DNA of 64,000 nt from Auanema rhodensis (Eukaryota; Animalia; Nematoda). The stretch is from contig OZ059896.1 of NCBI GenBank assembly GCA_964057225.1, positions 15,500,001 through 15,564,000 on the forward strand. Reading direction: 5' to 3'. A program made the position numbers and the translations under genes. Within the stretch, counting starts at the first letter, position 1. Each line of letters opens with the position of its first letter. Shown here piece after piece: positions 1 to 10,900 of this stretch. The notes beneath the pieces are model-generated. The model saw nothing but the letters and a program-made list of their open reading frames with translations. It was not told where the DNA came from and made no database searches.

Positions 1-442
1 ATTTTAAACAACTATTAATTCACGTAATCACCCGCTTGTTACCTGGTTGGGAATCCCGGGTGCCGTAAGCTTTTCCCTTTTCTCATATTTTCATATAGTT
101 TATCATCTTTAGTTACCTATATGGTATACGGTTAACTAGAAATGCTTTCGTTTTCGGAGACAACTGTTAGACAGCTTTGCGCAGTGGCGATAACGTGACC
201 AATGAGGCTTTGCCGAGGTGCGTTTATTGCTGGTTGAAAACTTTTCCCAATTACCCGCGATATTCCCTGAAACATGGGTGATATACGCAATTTTTGAATG
301 CCTGATAAGGCTGATTAGCATATTATGGAAGATTGTTCCACGTGAAATGACGTCATTTTTCTCATGACGCGTCAATTTTCAAAACCAAATTAGAAGGAAC
401 GGTTGCACTCCATACATATTCCGAAAAGTAAGGTAAGCATTC

Positions 443-561
443 GCTTACGACCATACCACGTTGAAAGTACGCCATCCCGTTCGATCTAGCAAGTCAAGCA
501 AAGTTGGGCCCGGTTAGTACTTGGATCGGAGACGGCTTGGGAATCCCGGGTGCCGTAAGCT
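443..561 (+). rRNA. 5S rRNA gene (first full copy, representative of ~46 full-length copies)
   Basis: 119 nt; the 5' GCTTACG pairs with the 3' CGTAAGC (helix I); internal control region AGTCAAGCAACGTTG...AGTACTTGGATCGGAGAC; closely resembles the C. elegans 5S sequence as recalled. Confidence 0.97.
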
Positions 562-570
562 TTTCCTTTT
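561..570 (+). terminator. RNA polymerase III oligo-T terminator (present after every 5S copy)
   Basis: TTTTCCTTTT(T) starting at the last nucleotide of the 5S gene. Confidence 0.85.
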
Positions 571-3500
571 TCTCATATTTTCATATAGTTTATCATCTTT
601 AGTTACCTATATGGTATACGGTTAACTAGAAATGCTTTCGTTTTCGGAGACAACTGTTAGACAGCTTTGCGCAGTGGCGATAACGTGACCAATGAGGCTT
701 TGCCGAGGTGCGTTTATTGCTGGTTGAAAACTTTTCCCAATTACCCGCGATATTCCCTGAAACATGGGTGATATACGCAATTTTTGAATGCCTGATAAGG
801 CTGATTAGCATATTATGGAAGATTGTTCCACGTGAAATGACGTCATTTTTCTCATGACGCGTCAATTTTCAAAACCAAATTAGAAGGAACGGTTGCACTC
901 CATACATATTCCGAAATGAAAGGTAAGCATTCGCTTACGACCATACCACGTTGAAAGTAAACCATCCCGTTCGATCTGGCAAGTCAAGCAACGTTGGGCC
1001 CGGTTAGTACTTGGATCGGAGACGGCTTGGGAATCCCGGGTGCCGTAAGCTTTTCCCTTTTCTCATATTTTCATATAGTTTATCATCTTTAGTTACCTAT
1101 ATGGTATACGGTTAACTAGAAATGCTTTTGTTTTCCGAGACAACTGTTAGACAGCTTTGCGCAGTGGCGATAACGTGACCAATGAGGCTTTGCCGAGGTG
1201 CGTTTATTGCTGGTTGAAAACTTTTCCCAATTACCCGCGATATTCCCTGAAACATGGGTGATATACGCAATTTTTGAATGCCTGATAAGGCTGATTAGCA
1301 TAATATGGAAGATTGTTCCACGTGAAATGACGTCATTTTTCTCATGACGCGTCAATTTTCAAAACCAAATTAGAAGGAACGGTTGCACTCCATACATATT
1401 CCGAAAAGAAAGGTAAGCATTCGCTTACGACCATACCACGTTGAAAATACGCCATCCCGTTCGATCTAGCAAGTCAAGCAACGTTGGGCCCGGCTAGTAC
1501 TTGGATCGGAGACGGCTTGGGAATTCCGGGTGCCGTAAGCTTTTCCCTTTTCTCATATTTTCATATAGTTTATCATCTTTAGTTACCTATATGGTATACG
1601 GTTAACTAGAAATGCTTTTGTTTTCCGAGACAACTGTTAGACAGCTTTGCGCAGTGGCGATAACGTGACCAATGAGGCTTTGCCGAGGTGCGTTTATTGC
1701 TGGTTGAAAACTTTTCCCAATTACCCGCGATATTCCCTGAAACATGGGTGATATACGCAATTTTTGAATGCCTGATAAGGCTGATTAGAATATTATGGTA
1801 GATTGTTCCACGTGAAATGACGTCATTTTTCAAAACCAAATTAGAAGGAACGGTTGCACTCCATACATATTCCGAAAAGAAAGGTAAGCATTCGCTTACG
1901 ACCATACCACGTTGAAAGTACGCCATCCCGTCCGATCTGGCAAGTCAAGCAACGTTGGGCCCGGTTAGTACTTGGATCGGAGACGGCTTGGGAATCCCGG
2001 GTGCCGTAAGCTTTTTCCTTTTTCTCATATTTTCATATAGTTTATCATCTTTAGTTACCTATATGGTATACGGTTAACTAGAAATGCTTTCGTTTTCGGA
2101 GACAACTGTTAGACAGCTTTGCGCAGTGGCGATAACGTGACCAATGAGGCTTTGCCGAGGTGCGTTTATTGCTGGTTGAAAACTTTTCCCAATTACCCGC
2201 GATATTCCCTGAAACATGGGTGATATACGCAATTTTTGAATGCCTGATAAGGCTGAATAGCATAGTATAGTAGATTGTTCCACATGAAATGACGTCATTT
2301 TTCAAAACCAAATTAGAAGGAACGGTTGCACTCCATACATATTCCGAAATGAAAGGTAAGCATTCGCTTACGACCATACCACGTTGAAAGTAAACCATCC
2401 CGTTCGATCTGGCAAGTCAAGCAACGTTGGGCCCGGTTAGTACTTGGATCGGAGACGGCTTGGGAATCCCGGGTGCCGTAAGCTTTTTTCTTTTTCTCAT
2501 ATTTCCATATAGTTTATCATCTTTAGTTACCTATATGGTATACGGTTAACTAGAAATGCTTTCGTTTTCGGAGACAACTGTTAGACAGCTTTGCGCAGTG
2601 GCGATAACGTGACCAATGAGGCTTTGCCGAGGTGCGTTTATTGCTGGTTGAAAACTTTTCCCAATTACCCGCGATATTCCCTGAAACATGGGTGATATAC
2701 GCAATTTTTGAATGCCTGATAAGGCTGAATAGCATAGTATAGTAGATTGTTCCACATGAAATGACGTCATTTTTCAAAACCAAATTAGAAGGAATGGTTG
2801 CACTCCATACATATTCCGAAAAGAAAGGTAAGCATTCGCTTACGACCATACCACGTTGAAAGTACGCCATCCCGTCCGATCTGGCAAGTCAAGCAACGTT
2901 GGGCCCGGTTAGTACTTGGATCGGAGACGGCTTGGGAATCCCGGGTGCCGTAAGCTTTTTCCTTTTTCTCATATTTTCATATAGTTTATCATCTTTAGTT
3001 ACCTATATGGTATACGGTTAACTAGAAATGCTTTCGTTTTCGGAGACAACTGTTAGACAGCTTTGCGCAGTGGCGATAACGTGACCAATGAGGCTTTGCC
3101 GAGGTGCGTTTATTGCTGGTTGAAAACTTTTCCCAATTACCCGCGATATTCCCTGAAACATGGGTGATATACGCAATTTTTGAATGCCTGATAAGGCTGA
3201 ATAGCATAGTATAGTAGATTGTTCCACATGAAATGACGTCATTTTTCAAAACCAAATTAGAAGGAACGGTTGCACTCCATACATATTCCGAAATGAAAGG
3301 TAAGCATTCGCTTACGACCATACCACGTTGAAAGTAAACCATCCCGTTCGATCTGGCAAGTCAAGCAACGTTGGGCCCGGTTAGTACTTGGATCGGAGAC
3401 GGCTTGGGAATCCCGGGTGCCGTAAGCTTTTTTCTTTTTCTCATATTTCCATATAGTTTATCATCTTTAGTTACCTATATGGTATACGGTTAACTAGAAA

Positions 3501-4245
3501 TGCTTTCGTTTTCGGAGACAACTGTTAGACAGCTTTGCGCAGTGGCGATAACGTGACCAATGAGGCTTTGCCGAGGTGCGTTTATTGCTGGTTGAAAACT
3601 TTTCCCAATTACCCGCGATATTCCCTGAAACATGGGTGATATACGCAATTTTTGAATGCCTGATAAGGCTGAATAGCATAGTATAGTAGATTGTTCCACA
3701 TGAAATGACGTCATTTTTCAAAACCAAATTAGAAGGAATGGTTGCACTCCATACATATTCCGAAAAGAAAGGTAAGCATTCGCTTACGACCATACCACGT
3801 TGAAAGTACGCCATCCCGTCCGATCTGGCAAGTCAAGCAACGTTGGGCCCGGTTAGTACTTGGATCGGAGACGGCTTGGGAATCCCGGGTGCCGTAAGCT
3901 TTTTCCTTTTTCTCATATTTTCATATAGTTTATCATCTTTAGTTACCTATATGGTATACGGTTAACTAGAAATGCTTTTGTTTTCCGAGACAACTGTTAG
4001 TCAGCTTTGCGCAGTGGCGATAACGTGACCAATGAGGCTTTGCCGAGGTGCGTTTATTGCTGGTTGAAAACTTTTCCCAATTACCCGCGATATTCCCTGA
4101 AACATGGGTGATATACGCAATTTTTGAATGCCTGATAAGGCTGATTAGCATATTATGGTAGATTGTTCCACGTGAAATGACGTCATTTCTCAAAACCAAA
4201 TTAGAAGGAACGGTTGCACTCCATACATATTCCGAAAAGAAAGGT

Positions 4246-4316
4246 AAGTCAAGCAACGTTGGGCCCGGTTAGTACTTGGATCGGAGACGGCTTGGGAATC
4301 CCGGGTGCCGTAAGCT
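4246..4316 (+). pseudogene. 5'-truncated 5S copy (only +49..+119 left). The same lesion occurs at 5622-5692, 20775-20845, 22661-22731, 22842-22912, 24238-24308, 24654-24724 and 26050-26120
   Basis: GGTAAG joins directly to TCAAGC: a 56-bp deletion between two AAG microhomologies removes the start site and 5' part of the gene. Confidence 0.92.
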
Positions 4317-6508
4317 TTTCCTTTTTCTCATATTTTCATATAGTTTATCATCTTTAGTTACCTATATGGTATACGGTTAACTAGAAATGCTTTCGTTTTC
4401 GGAGACAACTGTTAGACAGCTTTGCGCAGTGGCGATAACGTGACCAATGAGGCTTTGCCGAGGTGCGTTTATTGCTGGTTGAAAACTTTTCCCAATTACC
4501 CGCGATATTCCCTGAAACATGGGTGATATACGCAATTTTTGAATGCCTGATAAGGCTGATTAGCATATTATGGTAGATTGTTCCACGTGAAATGACGTCA
4601 TTTTTCAAAACCAAATTAGAAGGAACGGTTGCACTCCATACATATTCCGAAAAGTAAGGTAAGCATTCGCTTACGACCATACCACGTTGAAAGTACGCCA
4701 TCCCGTTCGATCTGGCAAGTCAAGCAACGTTGGGCCCGGTTAGTACTTGGATCGGAGACGGCTTGGGAATCCCGGGTGCCGTAAGCTTTTCCTTTTTCTC
4801 ATATTTTCATATAGTTTATCATCTTTAGTTACCTATATGGTATACGGTTAACTAGAAATGCTTTCGTTTTCGGAGACAACTGTTAGACAGCTTTGCGCAG
4901 TGGCGATAACGTGACCAATGAGGCTTTGCCGAGGTGCGTTTATTGCTGGTTGAAAACTTTTCCCAATTACCCGCGATATTCCCTGAAACATGGGTGATAT
5001 ACGCAATTTTTGAATGCCTGATAAGGCTGATTAGCATAATATGGAAGATTGTTCCACGTGAAATGACGTCATTTTTCTCATGACGCGTCAATTTTCAAAA
5101 CCAAATTAGAAGGAACGGTTGCACTCCATACATATTCCGAAAAGAAAGGTAAGCATTCGCTTACGACCATACCACGTTGAAAATACGCCATCCCGTTCGA
5201 TCTAGCAAGTCAAGCAACGTTGGGCCCGGCTAGTACTTGGATCGGAGACGGCTTGGGAATCCCGGGTGCCGTAAGCTTTTCTTTTTTCTCATATTTTCAT
5301 ATAGTTTATCATCTTTAGTTACCTATATGGTATACGGTTAACTAGAAATGCTTTCGTTTTCGGAGACAACTGTTAGACAGCTTTGCGCAGTGGCGATAAC
5401 GTGACCAATGAGGCTTTGCCGAGGTGCGTTTATTGCTGGTTGAAAACTTTTCCCAATTACCCGCGATATTCCCTGAAACATGGGTGATATACGCAATTTG
5501 TGAATGCCTGATAAGGCTGATTAGCATATTATGGAAGAATGTTCCACGTGAAATGACGTCATTTCTCAAAACCAAATTAGAAGGAACGGTTGCACTCCAT
5601 ACATATTCCGAAAAGAAAGGTAAGTCAAGCAATGTTGGGCCCGGTTAGTACTTGGATCGGAGACGTCTTGGGAATCCCGGGTGCCGTAAGCTTTTTCCTT
5701 TTTCTCATATTTTCATATAGTTTATCATCTTTAGTTACCTATATGGTATACGGTTAACTAGAAATGCTTTTGTTTTCCGAGACAACTGTTAGTCAGCTTT
5801 GCGCAGTGGCGATAACGTGACCAATGAGGCTTTGCCGAGGTGCGTTTATTGCTGGTTGAAAACTTTTCCCAATTACCCGCGATATTCCCTGAAACATGGG
5901 TGATATACGCAATTTTTGAATGCCTGATAAGGCTGATTAGCATAATATGGAAGATTGTTCCACGTGAAATGACGTCATTTTTCTCATGACGCGTCAATTT
6001 TCAAAACCAAATTAGAAGGAACGGTTGCACTCCATACATATTCCGAAAAGAAAGGTAAGCATTCGCTTACGACCATACCACGTTGAAAATACGCCATCCC
6101 GTTCGATCTAGCAAGTCAAGCAACGTTGGGCCCGGCTAGTACTTGGATCGGAGACGGCTTGGGAATCCCGGGTGCCGTAAGCTTTTCCTTTTTCTCATAT
6201 TTTCATATAGTTTATCATCTTTAGTTACCTATATGGTATACGGTTAACTAGAAATGCTTTCGTTTTCGGAGACAACTGTTAGACAGCTTTGCGCAGTGGC
6301 GATAACGTGACCAATGAGGCTTTGCCGAGGTGCGTTTATTGCTGGTTGAAAACTTTTCCCAATTACCCGCGATATTCCCTGAAACATGGGTGATATACGC
6401 AATTTTTGAATGCCTGATAAGGCTGATTAGCATAGTATAGTAGATTGTTCCACCTGAAATGACGTCATTTTTCAAAACCAAATTAGAAGGAACGGTTGCA
6501 CTCCATAC

Positions 6509-6925
6509 CGTTCCATTTGGATTCCCAATGGTTCCAAGTTGAGAGATCCAAACAGACTATGAGACGATGAGTATGATTTTAAATATAAGTGTGTAATGTA
6601 AGGTGAAATAAGAAACAAAAGATGAAATATATAAAGGTTTATTGTTCGCATTATAATATAATTATACAAAGATTAAAGCTAAAGTTAAGAAAGAGAATAT
6701 AAAGAAGATAAAGAGAAAGTAAGATAATGAGATAAAGAGATGCCTGAGTCTTGAGGACTCAGGTTTATATATCCATACAACTCCTACTCAGTTTACACAA
6801 ATTGTTACAAAGCTTATAAAAAGTGCATCTAGAATATTCTCAGAATTGCTTAAAAACTATCTGCATTAGTTTAATAATAGCAGCTGCCATGGTCAGCTGC
6901 TTTCCTTTGAGATATGTATGTAACA
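6509..6925 (-). repeat. Element A 3' LTR (reads TGTTACA...AATGGAACG on the - strand)
   Basis: Direct repeat of 18432-18848; preceded on the - strand by a short purine tract, GGGGCA. Confidence 0.95.
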
Positions 6926-7129
6926 TGCCCCAACGGATACAAGTCAGCTGACCTCAGCTGTTATATGCAAATAATAATTAAGAGAGAAAAATAAAAAATA
7001 AAATAAAAAAAAAATAAAATGGCATGAGATAAAGCAAAATTTTTTTTTTTCTTTTCAACAAACTATTGATAAAGAGAAAAATTTTAAGAGATAGAATTTT
7101 ATAAATGATTTAAACCTTTCCTCTCTTCT

Positions 7130-7774
7130 TTAATCCGCCAGTTGGTCAATTTCCTGGATCATTTCCGTCATTGATGCTAGTCCAAGCAGCTCCATTGTTC
7201 TGATGGTTTGGCTAACTGCTTTTGCCTTACTTTTTGATGCGGACGTGTTGGTAGTCCTTTTTGTCAGTAGTTTTTCGATTACTACTGATAGGTCTTGCCC
7301 TATCTCTATCCACGATGCTTCTTCTTCGGTTCCGCTATTTCCTACAGCTTGTTGTGTCATCTGTGTTGTCCACGTCGGCATTGCTTTGTAGATGTCAGCT
7401 GTGGTCTGCGTTCTGGCGGGTTGTCCCAGCATTATGTGTCGGATTCTGTTCTCTTTCTGGCTGAGAGAACATCCTTCTGTCCATTTCTTTTGATGCTGGC
7501 GAAGCTCCTTCAGCTCGTTTTCCTTATAGTTTTTGGTTTTCTCCTCCAATAGTTCCATCATAAATAGGATGTGCTGTGTCTTCTTTTCCAATTTGCTCGT
7601 TTGGAGGCTTATTATTGGTCCTAAGTTGGGCTTCATGCAGTTGATAGGTAGAAGACCTTCACGAAGGTTTTCTACCTCTATCCATTCTTGTTCAATAGTG
7701 GTCGCTAGAGGGACCAGTGGTGTTGGAGTTGCGAGGAATGTAGAGAGTGTGACGTTGGCGAGAGAGGAGGTCAT
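7130..7774 (-). CDS. Accessory ORF downstream of pol in element A (214 aa from the ATG), function unknown
   Basis: Open frame between the pol stop and the 3' LTR in element sense, ATG at 7774, flanked by AT-rich sequence; charged, probably helical middle segment; no TM or signal peptide seen. Confidence 0.6.
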   Translation of the reverse strand: MTSSLANVTLSTFLATPTPLVPLATTIEQEWIEVENLREGLLPINCMKPNLGPIISLQTSKLEKKTQHILFMMELLEEKTKNYKENELKELRQHQKKWTEGCSLSQKENRIRHIMLGQPARTQTTADIYKAMPTWTTQMTQQAVGNSGTEEEASWIEIGQDLSVVIEKLLTKRTTNTSASKSKAKAVSQTIRTMELLGLASMTEMIQEIDQLAD

Positions 7775-7977
7775 TTTGAGTAAGAAAAGTGTTATTGAAT
7801 TTTTCTCTATCAAAATTTTCTCTTTATATAGTTTGTTTTTCAGTGATTGTTACAATTTGTTAAAATTAAAGGATAGAAATTAGAATTTCGGTGGTTTTTG
7901 ATCTATGTCTTATGTTTAATGTACTATACGAAAGAAAGAAAAATTATTTTTACAATTCTACGATTTTTGTTAGTTAA

Positions 7978-10900
7978 TTAAAAGTTTCGTACTTGTTCTC
8001 CTTTGTTTTGCGTTGGAGATTTATTCTGCTGCTTTTTGCTTTGATCCGCTTTTCCATGTAGTTCCAATTCTCCATTACTTCTGATTTCTTCGTCTTGTGT
8101 TTTTCTTTTGGGTTGTAGTTTAACATGATACGGGCGTGAGTTTTCATTTCCTATTCCTAGTGCTGCGGCAAGTGTAGTGTTCCAATTTTTGATTGCTGGT
8201 GAGTTTTTGTTTCTGTCCTCAAATAGCTCCTTTCTGTTTTCATTCTTGAATTGATCTCGTAGCTTTTCGTATGTTTTTGCGTTATTATCTTCTATATCGT
8301 TTTGATTAGGACCTTCTTCTTGAGAGAAAGGTGTCAGCTGTCTGAGGTCCTCTTGAATTCTGTCGATTGTTGTTGATTCATTTTCTAATTGTATATTAGA
8401 ATTTGTTATTCTTCTTGCTGTAGCAAGGTCGTCAGGTGTTTCTGAATTATGTTCAATTTCTTCTTCGTTTATTCCTCTGTTATTCCCTGTGATAGGTAAC
8501 AGTTGCGCGAGAGTATCTGGACTGCCTGTTGGGTAACAGTTGTTGTTATTTTCCGTATTATTGGTTTGTTCCCATTCATCCAGATTATTCCAACTTGCTT
8601 CTTCTTCTTCTTCTTCTTCGTTTGCTATGTCTTGGTCTTCTTCTTCCTCTTCTTCATTATTTCTTGTTGATATAAGATTATCGTCTGGTGGAAAATAACG
8701 TATGTTATTTTTGTGAGCTTTTATAATATTTCCATCTTGGTCCGTTATGCTGATGTTGTTTCCTTCAATTGTCACTATCCGATAAGGTCCATCTCTTCGT
8801 ATTTGTAATTTGTTGCTTGGGTTCGCTCTTTGTACAAATACTCGATCTCCTATATCCAATATTCTTTCTTTTGTCCTATGTGCTTGATCGTATTTCTGCT
8901 TCATTCTTTCTTCGTTGGTGGCAATCTTTTCCTTGACTTTTTCTTGAATATCTCTTAAGTTTTTGAGCTGATCCGTGATATTTTGTTCTTCCGGTGTTTC
9001 CAAGTTTTTGTCAATGGGTAGACGTGCTACTTGTCCAAACAAACATTCGTATGGTGATGTTTTAGTGGTGGCGTTTGGTAATCTGTTGAGTGTAAAAATA
9101 ATCTTCGGAAGTATCTTATCCCAATCGTTTTGTTCGTCATTAACGTAGGCTGTTAATGCTTCTTCGATCGTCCGATGCAATCTTTCTACTTGTCCGTTAG
9201 CGTTTTTGTAATACGGCATAGTAGTGTGGTGTGTAGTTCCAAAATTACTGCACATAGTAGTGAAATCGTTTGAAATAAAATTAGATCCATTGTCTGTGAT
9301 GATAGTAACAGGTGGTCCAAAAACATAAAAGAGATATTTTTCGATAGCTGATATAATTTCTTCTGATGTTTGTCTGATTAGCGGAATTGCGATTATCCAT
9401 TTTGAAAAAGAATCTTGAATTGAAAGAACATATCTGTTTTCTTGTTCTGTCCTAGGTAATGGTCCGAGTATATCCATGTGTACTCTTTGCCATGGTTTTG
9501 TTGATGTTGGAAAATTTTTCATTGGTTCCACCGTTGCTTCGTGAGGGTTGTTCTTTCTTTTCGCACAAGCAAGACATCTGTTGATGTAGTTTGTAATGTC
9601 TTCTTGCATTCCAGTCCATGTAAATCGTCTTGATATTGAGTCCATTGTTTTGTTTATTCCTAGATGAGCTCCGAGTGTCGGATCTTCATGAAATTTCTTC
9701 ATAATTGGATTAATTATGTGCTCTTCTCGTGGTAAAATTGTTCGTGGTACTTGTAGGCTTCTTTTTGGTTTTGAGTATAGTACATCGTTGTACACAATAT
9801 ATCTGTCCGTCAGTTGTCGTCCAGCTGTATTATTCTTTATTTTATCCATAGTTTCTTTTATCCAATTTGATTGATTCTGAACTGATCGAATATCTGCTAT
9901 CGTGAAGGTGTTTATCTGATGAATAGTATCTTCCGTCGTTTTTCTTTCGTTTTTCTTCTTTGCTGGTGGTTTTGCTTCGTTGATTTCATCTTCAAAATAT
10001 CGTGATAATGCGTCACATACACTGTTTAATTTTCCTGGTCTGTAGATAATTTCAATATCGTATTCTTGTAAAACAATTTGAAATTTTGCTAAACGACCTA
10101 TTAAATCCTTTCTAGTCATTAAACTAGTGAGTGGTCTATGGTCCGTGATAATTTTGGTTGCTGTTCCTAGTATGTAGGTGCGAAATTGTTTGACGGCGAA
10201 TGTAAGAGCTAATGCTTCTACTTCTATTGGTGGATAATTCCTTTCAGCTTTGTTGAGTTTCCGACTAGCAAAAGCTATTGGATGTAATGGTTCTTGATCG
10301 TCTTTCGCTTGAAGTAGTACAGCGCCAACTGCTATCATACTTCCATCACTTTCAATAACATATGGTCGCTTCGGGATTGGTGCTTGTAACACAGGTGCTT
10401 GAGTCAATGTTTTCTTCAAAGTATTAAAAGCAATTTCTTCTTCTTCTGTCCATTTGAACGGAGTGTCTTTCCGAGTGAGGTTGTAGAGTGGTGTTGCTAT
10501 TCCTGCAGCGTTCTTTATGAACCTTCTGAAGTAGTTTACTACTCCCATGAAAGCTCTTACTCCTGTTGTTGATTTTGGTTGGGGATAATCTTGTATTGCC
10601 TTAATTTTATGTGGGTCCGGTTTAATTCCTTCTTGTCCAACTATGTATCCTAGAAATTTTACTTCCTTTCTTGCGAATGCGCATTTCTTCAGTTTTATTT
10701 TGAATCCTATTTGAGTTACTGCTTCCAAAACTTCTTCAATATCTTTTAAATGTGCTGTCGTAGATTCAGAGATTAACAGTAAATCATCTAGATATACGAA
10801 TAGCTTGCATTTAACCATTGATTGCAGGTATCGTACTGCGTTTTGAAAAGTATGGGGTGATCCACATAATCCCATCGGCATTCGACAATATTGATAAGTT

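Larger units (their letters stand above)
47..6508 (+). repeat. 5S rDNA tandem array, block 1 (11 full 5S genes, 2 5'-truncated copies, 1 partial at the window start)
   Basis: Repeating units of ~490/472/416 bp, each with GCTTACGACCATACCACGTTG...GTGCCGTAAGCT followed by a T-tract. Confidence 0.97.

Noticed and set aside
230-442. SL1 spliced-leader gene in the 5S spacer
   Set aside because: GGTTTAATTACCCAAGTTTGAG is absent on both strands; only short fragments (AATTACCC, AGGTAAGCATT) resemble SL RNA and they lie too far apart
7978-8700. Chromodomain at the integrase C-terminus
   Set aside because: The tail after the GPY motif is acidic and low-complexity; no aromatic-cage pattern is visible
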